Assembly (NCBI GenBank): GCA_963763085.1
Contig: CAVXNB010000003.1
Location: 641,031 to 705,030 of the forward strand
DNA from: an uncultured Acidimicrobiaceae bacterium
GTDB lineage: Bacteria > Actinomycetota > Acidimicrobiia > Acidimicrobiales > Bog-793
Length of the DNA: 64,000 nucleotides
Reading direction: 5' to 3'
In this document: in pieces, positions 9,821 to 19,181 of the stretch
Layout: each line of letters opens with the position of its first letter
How positions within the stretch are numbered: position 1 is the stretch's first letter
Position numbers and translations under genes: made by a program
Notes under the pieces: model-generated
Seen by the model: the letters and a program-made list of their open reading frames with translations, nothing else
Told to the model about the DNA's origin: nothing
The model's database searches: none

Positions 9821-11920
9821 TCAGTTTTCCTGCCCGGAGGGCTCCATCGTATCCGACACTGTCGGCATCCGAGCCGCGGCCTCCTGCAGGGTGCGGAGAT
9901 CGGCGAGCGGGATGTGGCAGCTCATCATGTGACCCGGCTCGACCTCGACGAGTGGCGGCTCGGTGGACTCGCACACCCCGCTCGACAGCCGGCGCGGGCA
10001 GCGGGTGTGAAAGACGCAGCCCGACGGGGGGTGGGCCGGGCTGGGGATGTCCCCGGTCAACTTGATGCGTTCCCGGCGCTGGCCGTCCAGGCTCGGCACC
10101 GCCGAGAGCAGCGCCTCGGTGTAGGGATGGTGCGGACCGGAGAACACGGTCTCGGCGAGTCCGAACTCCATGACACGGCCGAGGTAGAGCACGGCGATCC
10201 GATCGGCCAGGTAGCGCACGACACCGAGGTCGTGCGAGATGAACAGGTACGTCACCTGTTCGCGGCTCTGGAGGTCGGCGAGCAGGTTCAAGATCGCAGC
10301 TTGGACCGACACGTCGAGGGCAGAGGTCGGCTCGTCGCACACGATGACACGCGGGACGCCCGCGAAGGCCCGGGCGATCGCCACCCTCTGTTTGAGGCCT
10401 CCGGACAGCTGGGTCGGATGAAGAGGCAGGTGCCGGTTCTCCATCCGCACCGAGTGCACGATCTCGGTGAGCCGCGCTTCGCGCTCGGCGCCGGAAAGTC
10501 CGGCGAGCTTGTAAAGCGCCCTCCCGATCAGGTACCGAACGCTGTGACGCCGGTTCAGGGCAGAGTCTGGGTTCTGGAAGACGATCTGCACCGCCTTGAG
10601 CTGGTCGTGGCTACGTTCGGCGGAGGTGGAGCCGAGCGGGCTCCCCTCGAGCTCGATCACAGCACCCCCGTCCGGTGGCGTCAGGCCGAGCAACACGCGC
10701 GCGAGCGTGGTCTTCCCGCTGCCCGACTCCCCGACGAGCCCGAGCGTCTCGCCGAGACGGATGTCAAGGTTCACACCTACGAGGGCCTGCACCTTCTCCC
10801 CGCTCACCGAGAAGGTCTTCGAGACGCCCCGGAGGCGGATCACCGGATCCGCTCCCGGGTCTGCGACCACGAGCCCCACGTCCTCCGGTGTCGTCCTCGG
10901 GAGCGTCGCCGCCCGCTCATGGAAGTGGCAGCGCGATATCCGATCCGCGCTCACCGGGTACATCGGCGGCTCTTCCTCCAGGCAGCGCTGCTCGGCGAGC
11001 GCGCAACGCTCGGCGAAGATGCAGCCGGCAGGCGTTGAACCAGGCGCCGGCAGGAATCCCGGGATCGTGTCGAGGCGACCATGGTCCTTGCGGTGGCCGC
11101 GGCGGGGGATGCAGCGCAAAAGCCCCACAGTGTAGGGGTGCCGGGGCTGCTCGAAGACCTGCTGCGCCGGTCCCTCCTCCACGATCTCGCCGGCATACAT
11201 GACCCCGACGCGGTCACACATCTTGGCGATCACGGCGAGGTTGTGGCTGATGAACAGCACCGAGGTGTGGAATTCCTGGCCGAGCAGCTCCACAAGGTCG
11301 AGCACCTCGGCCTCGACGGTGGCGTCGAGGGCGGTGGTCGGCTCGTCCAGGATCAGCAGGGACGGTTCCGAGGCCAGTGCCATGGCGATGACGACCCTCT
11401 GCAGCATGCCCCCTGAGAGCTGGTGCGGGTAGGACTTGAGCACCCGTCCAGGATCGGAGATCTGGACCGTCTTCAGCGCCTCCTCGGCGCGCTGGAGTGC
11501 CTCGCGCTTGCCGAGCCCGGCGATCTCGAAGACCTCGGCGACCTGACGCCCGACGCGGATCGAGGGGTTGAGTGCGCGACCGGGCTCCTGGTACACCATC
11601 GAGACCGTGCCCGCCCTCATCGCGCGCAGCGCGCCCTTGTTCAACGAAGCCAGGTCCTGGCCGTTCACGGCGATCGACCCCGCGCTGAGCCGCCCGTTGC
11701 GCGGCAGGTAGCGCGCGATGGCGAGCGCCATCGTCGACTTGCCGGAGCCGGATTCCCCGACGAGCCCGAACGACTCGTGCCGGCCGATCTGGAACGAGAC
11801 GTCTCGCAGCGCCAGCCGGTCCTTGTCCCGGACCCGGTAGGTCACCTCGGCGTGATCGACCTCGAGCGCGAGCGCCTGGTCGTGGGTGGCGTCGAGGTCC
11901 GCCGGGGCTTCGATGGTCAT
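9821..11920 (-). CDS. ABC transporter ATP-binding protein, fused DppD/DppF-type
   Basis: Two GESGSGK Walker A, LSGG signatures, two HPYT oligopeptide C-terminal domains; ATG at 11920 overlaps the permease stop. Confidence 0.93.
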   Translation of the reverse strand: MTIEAPADLDATHDQALALEVDHAEVTYRVRDKDRLALRDVSFQIGRHESFGLVGESGSGKSTMALAIARYLPRNGRLSAGSIAVNGQDLASLNKGALRAMRAGTVSMVYQEPGRALNPSIRVGRQVAEVFEIAGLGKREALQRAEEALKTVQISDPGRVLKSYPHQLSGGMLQRVVIAMALASEPSLLILDEPTTALDATVEAEVLDLVELLGQEFHTSVLFISHNLAVIAKMCDRVGVMYAGEIVEEGPAQQVFEQPRHPYTVGLLRCIPRRGHRKDHGRLDTIPGFLPAPGSTPAGCIFAERCALAEQRCLEEEPPMYPVSADRISRCHFHERAATLPRTTPEDVGLVVADPGADPVIRLRGVSKTFSVSGEKVQALVGVNLDIRLGETLGLVGESGSGKTTLARVLLGLTPPDGGAVIELEGSPLGSTSAERSHDQLKAVQIVFQNPDSALNRRHSVRYLIGRALYKLAGLSGAEREARLTEIVHSVRMENRHLPLHPTQLSGGLKQRVAIARAFAGVPRVIVCDEPTSALDVSVQAAILNLLADLQSREQVTYLFISHDLGVVRYLADRIAVLYLGRVMEFGLAETVFSGPHHPYTEALLSAVPSLDGQRRERIKLTGDIPSPAHPPSGCVFHTRCPRRLSSGVCESTEPPLVEVEPGHMMSCHIPLADLRTLQEAAARMPTVSDTMEPSGQEN

Positions 11921-12898
11921 TGCGCGAGCACCGACTCGATCGCGTCGGCGACGAGGTTGACCGCCACCACGAGCGAGACGATGGCGAGCGCCGGGAAGAG
12001 CGTCTCCCACCAGTAGCCCGCGGGGAGATACGAGTAGCTGTAGAAGATGTCGGCGCCCCAGTCCGGCGTCGGCGGCTGAATCCCGAAGCCGAGGAACGAA
12101 AGGGTCGCGATGGCAAAGATCGCGTACCCGAGGCGCACCGTGAACTCGACGAGGATGGGCGAAAACACGTTGGGGAGGATCTCGGCGAACATGATGTGGA
12201 TTGCGCCTTCGCCTCGCAGGGATGCGGCCGCGACGTAGTCGAGCTCGCGCTCTTGAAGAACGGCCGTGCGGACGGTGCGGGCGATGATCAAGGCGAACAC
12301 GAATCCGATGACGACGATGAGCGTGAGCTTCGAGGGGCCGAGGGCAACCACGAACAGGAACGCCAGGATCACCACCGGAAGGGCGAGCACGGCATCGACC
12401 AGCCGGCCGACGACGTTGTCGATGACGCCCCTGAAGTAGCCCTGGACGAGACCGATTGCCGTGCCGACGACGGTGCCGAGGAGCGTCGCGAGCGGGGCGA
12501 CGATGAGGATGTCGCGCGAACCGGCGAGGACACGCGAGAGGACGTCGCGCCCGCTCGAGTCGGTGCCGAACCAGTGAGCCGCCGAGGGCGCGAGGTTGTA
12601 CTGGAGGAGGTTCCCCTGGGTCGGGTTGTAGGGAACGAAGTACTGGCTGAACAGTGCACAGACCACCCAGAAGAGGAGAATTGAACGCGCCGATGATGAA
12701 GGTGGGGGACCGCACGAGCTGGTGGAGGTGCTCGCGGCGGATTCTCCGGGCGGAGACGTCGACCGTACCCGCGGCGGAACCGGGTCTGACCGGGGCCGAA
12801 CCGGACATCGGCGGAGGCGTGAGCGAGGGAGCCTCGAGATCGACGGGGCTCGCCGCCGACGGGGCCATCACGCCGTCACCTAGCTCGCCGCTCGGCAT
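11917..12898 (-). CDS. ABC permease (DppC-like); frameshift near 12680
   Basis: HWFGTDSSGRDVLSR, EILPNV, LSFLGFGIQPPTPDWG; N-terminus (..LVRSPTFIIGAF) lies in the adjacent frame. Confidence 0.88.
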
Positions 12899-13851
12899 CA
12901 GTCAGCCCCCTGCAGCCGCACCCGGGGGTTGAGCAAGGTTTGAAGGACGTCGGCGATGATGGTTGCGACGAGGTAGACGACGCCAATGACGAGAATGCCG
13001 GCCTCGAGCATCGGGAAGTCCTTGTCCGTCGCCGCCGTGAAGATCAGCCGCCCGAGCCCGTCATAGTTGAACAACGTCTCGACGACGACCAAGCCTCCGA
13101 TCAGGTAGCCGCACTGGGTGGCGACGACGGTGATCGTCGGCAGCAACGAATTGCGCAGCACGTGCCGGAAGATCACCACCCGGCGCGGAAGCCCCTTCAA
13201 CGTCGCCGTGCGCACGTAGTCGGAATCGAGCGCCTCCACCGTCCCCGCCCTGGCCATGCGGGCGATGTAGCCGAACAGCACGAGGACGAGCGGGATGGCA
13301 GGCAGCAACAGATACCTGAGCTGGGTGGCGAAGGAGGCGCCGGCGGGCCAAGCGGCCGTGACGGGGAGCACCTTCAACCAGATCGCGAAGACGACGATGA
13401 GCACGATGCCTGAGACGAACTCAGGCACGGTCGAGAACGACAGGCCGAAGACGCTGATGAATCGGTCGGTTCCCTTGCCAACGTGGAGAGCAGCGACGAC
13501 GCCGCCGAGGATGGCGAGGGGCACCACGATGACGAACGCCACGGCAGCCAGCTTCAGCGAGTGGCCGAGCGCCGTCACCACGAAGGGGCGTACGGGCGAC
13601 TGGTACTGGTAGGAGGTCCCCATGTTGCCCCGGACGAAGTCCGAGACCCAGCTCCAGTACTGGGTGAGAAGCGGCCGGTCGACGCCGAGGCTCTTGTTGA
13701 GGGCGTTCACAGCGTGCTGCGACGCGAACGGGCCGAGGATCGCCCGCCCCGGATTGCCGGGCAGGACCTGGCCCGCGAAGAAGATGATGATGCTCAAGAG
13801 GACAAGCGTCACCAACGCCAGCCCCAAACGCTTCAGCAGGAACACCGTCAA
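12898..13851 (-). CDS. ABC permease (DppB-like)
   Basis: DYVRTATLKGL..RHVLRNSLLP, VETLFNYDGLG, NPRVR. Confidence 0.93.
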   Translation of the reverse strand: MTVFLLKRLGLALVTLVLLSIIIFFAGQVLPGNPGRAILGPFASQHAVNALNKSLGVDRPLLTQYWSWVSDFVRGNMGTSYQYQSPVRPFVVTALGHSLKLAAVAFVIVVPLAILGGVVAALHVGKGTDRFISVFGLSFSTVPEFVSGIVLIVVFAIWLKVLPVTAAWPAGASFATQLRYLLLPAIPLVLVLFGYIARMARAGTVEALDSDYVRTATLKGLPRRVVIFRHVLRNSLLPTITVVATQCGYLIGGLVVVETLFNYDGLGRLIFTAATDKDFPMLEAGILVIGVVYLVATIIADVLQTLLNPRVRLQGAD

Positions 13852-13958
13852 GCCGTGGACCCCCTTCCCCCAGCTTGCAATACGGTCCTAAGCGGGCCGA
13901 CGAACGACGGTACCAGTGGTGAACGCTAGCGGCCGAGATCCAGGAGCACAACGCGCCT

Positions 13959-15422
13959 CTACAGGCCCGTATCCAGGGTACCGCTCAGTGCCGCCGCGCC
14001 GATGAGCTCCGCGAGGCGCCCGGCCTCGACCCCCTGGTCTCGGACGACCTTTCCGTCGACGGGTGCGAACAGCGATCGCACAAGCTCCAGCAGTGGTTCG
14101 AGTGGCGGGGCGGGGCGCCGATCGGTGACATAGAGGGCCTGACTCGAGACGATGGCGAGGATCGCGAGCGTCTCCTCCAGGCACTCGGCCGCCCTGCGCT
14201 CCTTCCGGTAGGCGCTGAACGTCGCCGAGGAGACGTCGTTCTGGGGATCGTTGATGCTCGCCGGCAGCAATGTCGGCGCGGCGGCGGTGCGCGCCTCCTC
14301 GGCGAATGAGCCGGCCACCCACCCGAACAGGTTCGTCGCCCCTCCCGCCGAGTCGGGTTCGAAACCGCGGGGGTTGAGAAAGTGTGGCAAGCCGGACACG
14401 CTGCTCAGGTGCATCGCCGTGACCTGGCGCTCGGCCAGGAGCGCGAGCTCCGCCCAGGCGAGCGAGAGCATGCCGAGGGCGGCCGGGGCGGCTGCATTGT
14501 GGTAGCCGCCGGTCGACAGCACCCGCCCGAACGGATGAGCCGCGTCGGGCATCACGTAGACGGGATTCTGCGTGACCGAGCGAAGAGCCACGGAGGCGGC
14601 CCGCTCAGTCTCGTCCACCGCTCGGCGCGCCTGACCCAACAGGCGGGGAACGATACGGAAACTCACCGGGGCCTGGTGGCCGAGGCGACCCTCGGCTTCG
14701 GCGCCGTCGAGATGGGAACGGATCGACCGCAACGCCGCCGTTTCCTGATCGTCGCCCCAGAGGGACTCGAGCACCTCGTCGTAGGCTTCGAGCGGCGCTT
14801 TGATGGCATCGATCGACAGGGCGAAGAACCGCTCGGCGACCGAGAGGCGGTGACGGGCGTGCAGCGCCGCGTCGGCGAGCAAGGCCGACGACGCCGGCGA
14901 GCCGTTGATGAGGGCCATCCCTTCGCCCTCCTCGAATCCGAGGTCCGACAGCCCCATCGTCACGTGACGCATGGGCAGGACCTCCCCGGCTCCGACCTGC
15001 CCGTCCAGCGGCACGCGCGGAAGCGGGAGATCGAGCAGCCCTGCGACGCGCTCGGCGACGACGGGGCGGACCTTCGCATGGCCCTCGACGAAGTCCGCGA
15101 GCCGCGCGAAGAGGATCCCGCGCACCACCCGGTCGTCGAGGAACCCGCCCCCGAAGCCCCGGCCCGAGCGGCCACCGAACGAACGCGCGAACGCCCGCTG
15201 GTCCTCGGCGGGAATCGCCACGGTCACCTCGAGCCCGGCCCGCGTGGTGATGCCGTAGAAGAAGGCGGTCCGGTCCGAGTCGAGCAGGGCTATGAACGCC
15301 GCCCGTGCCTCGCCCATGACCTTTCTGGCGACCGGCCCGATCTCGACCGACTCTCCGTCGACCGCAACACGGCGGAAATTCTCGATCGTGAAGTCGTCCC
15401 GGGTGTCGACGACGACGGTCAT
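13959..15422 (-). CDS. Second ammonia-lyase-fold protein lacking the ASG (MIO) motif
   Basis: FYGITT, ARLADFVEGHAKVRP, MALINGSP, QAPVSFRIVP, QNPV..GGYH, QND; MIO loop reads GQVGAGEVL; ATG at 15422 with GAGGAGG RBS. Confidence 0.83.
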   Translation of the reverse strand: MTVVVDTRDDFTIENFRRVAVDGESVEIGPVARKVMGEARAAFIALLDSDRTAFFYGITTRAGLEVTVAIPAEDQRAFARSFGGRSGRGFGGGFLDDRVVRGILFARLADFVEGHAKVRPVVAERVAGLLDLPLPRVPLDGQVGAGEVLPMRHVTMGLSDLGFEEGEGMALINGSPASSALLADAALHARHRLSVAERFFALSIDAIKAPLEAYDEVLESLWGDDQETAALRSIRSHLDGAEAEGRLGHQAPVSFRIVPRLLGQARRAVDETERAASVALRSVTQNPVYVMPDAAHPFGRVLSTGGYHNAAAPAALGMLSLAWAELALLAERQVTAMHLSSVSGLPHFLNPRGFEPDSAGGATNLFGWVAGSFAEEARTAAAPTLLPASINDPQNDVSSATFSAYRKERRAAECLEETLAILAIVSSQALYVTDRRPAPPLEPLLELVRSLFAPVDGKVVRDQGVEAGRLAELIGAAALSGTLDTGL

Positions 15423-15430
15423 CTGCCTCC

Positions 15431-17581
15431 TCAGCTTCGGCTCGCGACTGCGGCCGCAGGAGCGTACTGGGCGGCGGCAGGCGGGGCGCCCACGCCGACT
15501 CGTGAGCTCCAGCGCTCCCACAGAGCCTCCGCCAGCCGTACCGTTACCGGTCCGGTTCTCCAGGACCGATAGCCGCGCAGCTCCCCCACCGGCGTCACGC
15601 CCCTTATGGCACTCGTCAGCAGCACCTCGTCGGCCGACGCGAGATCGCAGAGGGCGAGCGGCCCGACCGACACCTCCAAGCCGATGGCAGCGGCCGCGCG
15701 GAGGAGGAGCTCCCTGGTCGATCCCGGGAGGATGCGACCGTCGGCGGCCGGCGTGCTGACCACCGTTCCCGAGACCGCGAAGACGTTCGCCCTCTCCGTC
15801 TCGAGGAGCGAACCGTCGATGTCGACCAGGAGAAGCTGCTCGTGCTCGCGCAAGCCGAGTGCGCTGCGACGCTCGGCCAGGATGCGGCGATCCTGCCATT
15901 TGTGCGGACCGAGACCGCCCGGGACCACGTCCGGTACCAACACCACCGGAGACACCGGCAAACCGGAGAATGCCTCCGGGGCCGGCGCGATGGAGAGCTC
16001 GCTCTCGAGCGCCCCGCCCGATGTCGGGTACACGTGCACCCGCAGACGTTGAGGACCGTGGGATCGCGCTGCGCACTCGACCACGTCGGCGCCGAGACGG
16101 GCCGCCGGGCGCGACCCGTAGAGGCACGAGACGCTCGCCGCCAGCCTGCCGAGATGCGATTCGAGGTCGACCGGGCGGCCGGCGAGGACGAGGATCGTCT
16201 CGAAGACGCCGGCGTCGATTTCGGGCCTGCCGGACCCGCGCCGGGCAGCCTCACACCGGAGCGACGGGTCGAGCTCGGCGCCGATCGCTCCGAGCAGCGG
16301 CCGAGCCTTGTCGAAGCACTCCTCGAGCTCCCGGGCCGGGTCGGAGTCGGCAACGACTCCGCCGCCGACTCCGAGCCAGACCTTGCCGCCCGCCACCTCG
16401 AACGTCCGGATGGCGACGTTCAGCTCGAGTCCGGATAGCGGGCTCGCGATCCCGATGGCTCCGGTGTACACCTCGCGTGCGGTCGTCTCGAGCGAGGCGA
16501 TGAGCTCCATCGCCCGGACCTTCGGCGCCCCGGTGACCGAACCGGGTGGGAATGCCGCCCGCAGGAGATCGGCGTCGGACGCCCCGGCGGACAGCTCGCC
16601 GGTCACGTCCGAGACGAGGTGCCAGACGCCCGGGTGCTCCTCGGCGCGGCACAGCTCGGGAACCGCCACGCTGCCGTAGCGGCAAACGCGCCCGAGATCG
16701 TTGCGCATGAGATCGACGATCATCACGTTCTCCGCCCGGTCCTTGGCCGAACCGAGGAGGCGGCGACGGCCCGGCTCGGCGCTGCCGTTGCGCTTCGCCG
16801 TGCCCTTGACTGGCGAGCTGAGGACATGACGACCCCGGCGCCGCAGGAAGAGCTCCGGCGAGAAGCTCGCCACGGCGAACGAGGGATGGCCGAGGTAGGC
16901 ACCGAAACGAGGCTCGAGAACACCTGCGCCGGCGCAGAACAGCTCGAGAGGCTCTCCCGAGAAATCCGCCTGGAGACGTGTGCAGACATTCACCTGGTAG
17001 ACGTCACCCGAGCGGATGTGCTCGATGGCCCGCGACACCGCCCGCACGTGCGTCTCGGGCTCCGGGCTCATCAGAAACGGGCCGCATTCGAACTCGCCCC
17101 CCTCCCCCACGCACGCCGTGCCGCGCCGCTGCCAGGCATCGAGGCGCGACTCGAGCCGCTCTGACTGCTCGTCGGACCACAGGGCTTCGAACCACCACGC
17201 GCCGTCGGCGTCGCAGCGCAGGACGTGATCGTAGAAGGCGAGGATCGACCCCGGCACCGGGACCGGGCGGTCCGGTGGGGACGGCAGCCGCTCGACGAGG
17301 CCTCCGAGCCCGTAGCCCAGGTACCCGACCCAGCCCCCACCGGTCGCTCCGGCGAGCCCCGAGGTGACCTCGGGCTGGTTGTCGAACACCGAAAAGGGGT
17401 CGTCGGCGTCTTCGAGGACGACGAGCGGGTCAGAGCCCACCAGGGCGCCCCCACCGGCCCAGGCGCCCACCAAGGCGAAGGGTCGTGCTTCTGCGCTCGC
17501 CGCCCTGAGCACCTCGCTCGGGCTTGCCCGCAGCGCGAGCGGCGCACGGACGACGCGAACCGACGGTGGGACGCGGATCAC
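15431..17581 (-). CDS. Aminodeoxychorismate synthase component I fused to class IV aminotransferase/ADC lyase (PabB-PabC)
   Basis: GDVYQVN, SPELFL, PVKGT, ENVMIVDLMRND, PPGSVTGAPK; then GVFETIL, HKW, ILPG.TR. Confidence 0.88.
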   Translation of the reverse strand: MIRVPPSVRVVRAPLALRASPSEVLRAASAEARPFALVGAWAGGGALVGSDPLVVLEDADDPFSVFDNQPEVTSGLAGATGGGWVGYLGYGLGGLVERLPSPPDRPVPVPGSILAFYDHVLRCDADGAWWFEALWSDEQSERLESRLDAWQRRGTACVGEGGEFECGPFLMSPEPETHVRAVSRAIEHIRSGDVYQVNVCTRLQADFSGEPLELFCAGAGVLEPRFGAYLGHPSFAVASFSPELFLRRRGRHVLSSPVKGTAKRNGSAEPGRRRLLGSAKDRAENVMIVDLMRNDLGRVCRYGSVAVPELCRAEEHPGVWHLVSDVTGELSAGASDADLLRAAFPPGSVTGAPKVRAMELIASLETTAREVYTGAIGIASPLSGLELNVAIRTFEVAGGKVWLGVGGGVVADSDPARELEECFDKARPLLGAIGAELDPSLRCEAARRGSGRPEIDAGVFETILVLAGRPVDLESHLGRLAASVSCLYGSRPAARLGADVVECAARSHGPQRLRVHVYPTSGGALESELSIAPAPEAFSGLPVSPVVLVPDVVPGGLGPHKWQDRRILAERRSALGLREHEQLLLVDIDGSLLETERANVFAVSGTVVSTPAADGRILPGSTRELLLRAAAAIGLEVSVGPLALCDLASADEVLLTSAIRGVTPVGELRGYRSWRTGPVTVRLAEALWERWSSRVGVGAPPAAAQYAPAAAVASRS

Positions 17582-17988
17582 CCGGAGCGGTCCGGCCCCG
17601 CTCGTGTGACCGTCACGGACAGCACGACCCTCTGCTCGCGCTCCATCGCACTCCGGTAGTCGTCCCAATCCGGGTGCTCTCCGCTGATCGAGCGGTAGTA
17701 CTCCACGAGCGGTTCCATGGCTTCAGGAAGCGAGATCACCTCGGCCGTTCCGTCGACTTGAACCCACGGTCCGTAGAAGCCGTCCGTGAACACGAGAATC
17801 GAGACCCTCGGATCGCGGCGGACATTCTTGGTCTTGAACGCGGTTTCCCGGCTCGACACCACGACGCGGCCGCTGGCGTCGACCGTGGCGGCCACCGGCG
17901 AGAGCTGGGGCGAGCCGTCTCCCCGCCGAGTGGAGATCACCGCCCGGTGGTTCTCCCGTACGAACTGTCTTGCTTGCTCGAGGTCCAT
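17578..17988 (-). CDS. PPOX class F420-dependent oxidoreductase
   Basis: STRRGDGSPQLSPV, KTKNVRRDPRVS, HPDWDDYR.AM. Confidence 0.88.
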   Translation of the reverse strand: MDLEQARQFVRENHRAVISTRRGDGSPQLSPVAATVDASGRVVVSSRETAFKTKNVRRDPRVSILVFTDGFYGPWVQVDGTAEVISLPEAMEPLVEYYRSISGEHPDWDDYRSAMEREQRVVLSVTVTRAGPDRSG

Positions 17989-18103
17989 GGCCCTGACAAT
18001 AAGGCTCGTCGCCGGCCGGTGCCGCGAGGTGCCGGCGCGGCACGGCGGTTGGTGCTGTCGCCCGCTGAGCTCCGCCGCTACCCTCAGCTAGGTGGCCTTG
18101 ACG

Positions 18104-18325
18104 ATGAAGGATTGGCTCCAGCAGTTCGCCTCGGAGCTCGGAACCACCGCTCCGGACGACGACGAAATCGAGAATCTCCTCGCCCTCGCGGGGGTTGCTG
18201 CGCACGTGTCCGAGAGAAAGGCCGCTCCGATCTCCTGCTTCATCGCCGCTCGCGCCGGAGTCGATTTGCAAGATGCGTTGGCGATCGCGAAACGTCTCGC
18301 CGCCGGAATCGAAGGCGCTTCCTAG
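18104..18325 (+). CDS. Small protein, DUF6457-like
   Basis: W...LLALAGVAAH..ERKAAPISCFIA pattern. Confidence 0.65.
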   Translation: MKDWLQQFASELGTTAPDDDEIENLLALAGVAAHVSERKAAPISCFIAARAGVDLQDALAIAKRLAAGIEGAS

Positions 18326-18335
18326 CGGTCTCGGA

Positions 18336-19034
18336 CTACGACCTGCCCGATTTGCGCCGCTCGCGAGGAGGAGCGACGTAGCCGGCAAGCTGACCCCCGT
18401 TTCCCGTCAGGTCCGCCTTGTACTGGTCCGTCCCCGACTCCACCACACTGAAGCCGGTCCGGTCGCCGTCGCCGTTCACGACGTCCGGGCCCCTCGCTCC
18501 GGGCGAGTAGCCCACGACGACGGCGACGTGCTCGGCCGCGGATTTGTCGGCGTCGAGGCCGTAGACGGCGATGTCCCCCGGTTGCGGCGCGTAGCCGGAG
18601 CCGACGGGGTGCCACGTGTGATGCGCCACGCCCCAGCGGTAGAAGCTCACCGAGCCGGCATTGATGTCCTCTGCTCCGAAGCCGTAGACGAACCGGACGC
18701 CGGCCCGCCGCCAGACCCAGGCCGCGAAGTCCGCGCACCATTCCTCGTCACGGTTCTCGTTGTTACAGTCGTCGGCCCCGACGCGCCAATAGGCGCTGAA
18801 ACGGTTGCAGTAGGTGTTCTGCGGATCAGTCCGGTAGCCGAGTTGGCCGATGGCGAGTGCGACGATCCGTGCGCGCTGCGGAGACAGCTTCGGGCCCGCT
18901 GCACCGCCGCCGCCGAAGACGAGGGCCCCGCCCGCGGCGATGGCGATCACGGCGAGAACGACCGCGAGGCGGTGGCGGCGGATCGACCTTTTGCGAGCGC
19001 GTCGCCGCCGTACGGCCGCCGGGGCTTCGGGCAC
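18336..19034 (-). CDS. Membrane-anchored CHAP-domain peptidoglycan amidase
   Basis: N-terminal TM; WCADFAAWVW (Cys), PQPGDIAVY, HVAVV (His). Confidence 0.8.
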   Translation of the reverse strand: MPEAPAAVRRRRARKRSIRRHRLAVVLAVIAIAAGGALVFGGGGAAGPKLSPQRARIVALAIGQLGYRTDPQNTYCNRFSAYWRVGADDCNNENRDEEWCADFAAWVWRRAGVRFVYGFGAEDINAGSVSFYRWGVAHHTWHPVGSGYAPQPGDIAVYGLDADKSAAEHVAVVVGYSPGARGPDVVNGDGDRTGFSVVESGTDQYKADLTGNGGQLAGYVAPPRERRKSGRS

Positions 19035-19115
19035 CCACCAACTCTGTCGTACCTAGGGGTCTGAGAGGCGGCACCCTCGGCAACGAGGCACCTCCTCACC
19101 AGGTCCAGCTCCCTA

Positions 19116-19132
19116 TTGCGCCCAGGTCGCAA
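19116..19132. promoter_or_regulatory. Candidate Nur/Fur-family box upstream of the NiCoT gene
   Basis: TTGCGC-CCAGG-TCGCAA inverted repeat about 50 bp before the ATG; resembles the Streptomyces Nur consensus tTGCaa-N5-ttGCAA. Confidence 0.5.
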
Positions 19133-19181
19133 CTAGGTAGACTCACGACACCCGTTGCGTGCTGGTGTTCGAGGAGGGCAG

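Noticed and set aside
9821-12898. 1025-aa permease-ATPase fusion ORF
   Set aside because: Artefact of the 12680 frameshift; the ATPase starts at 11920
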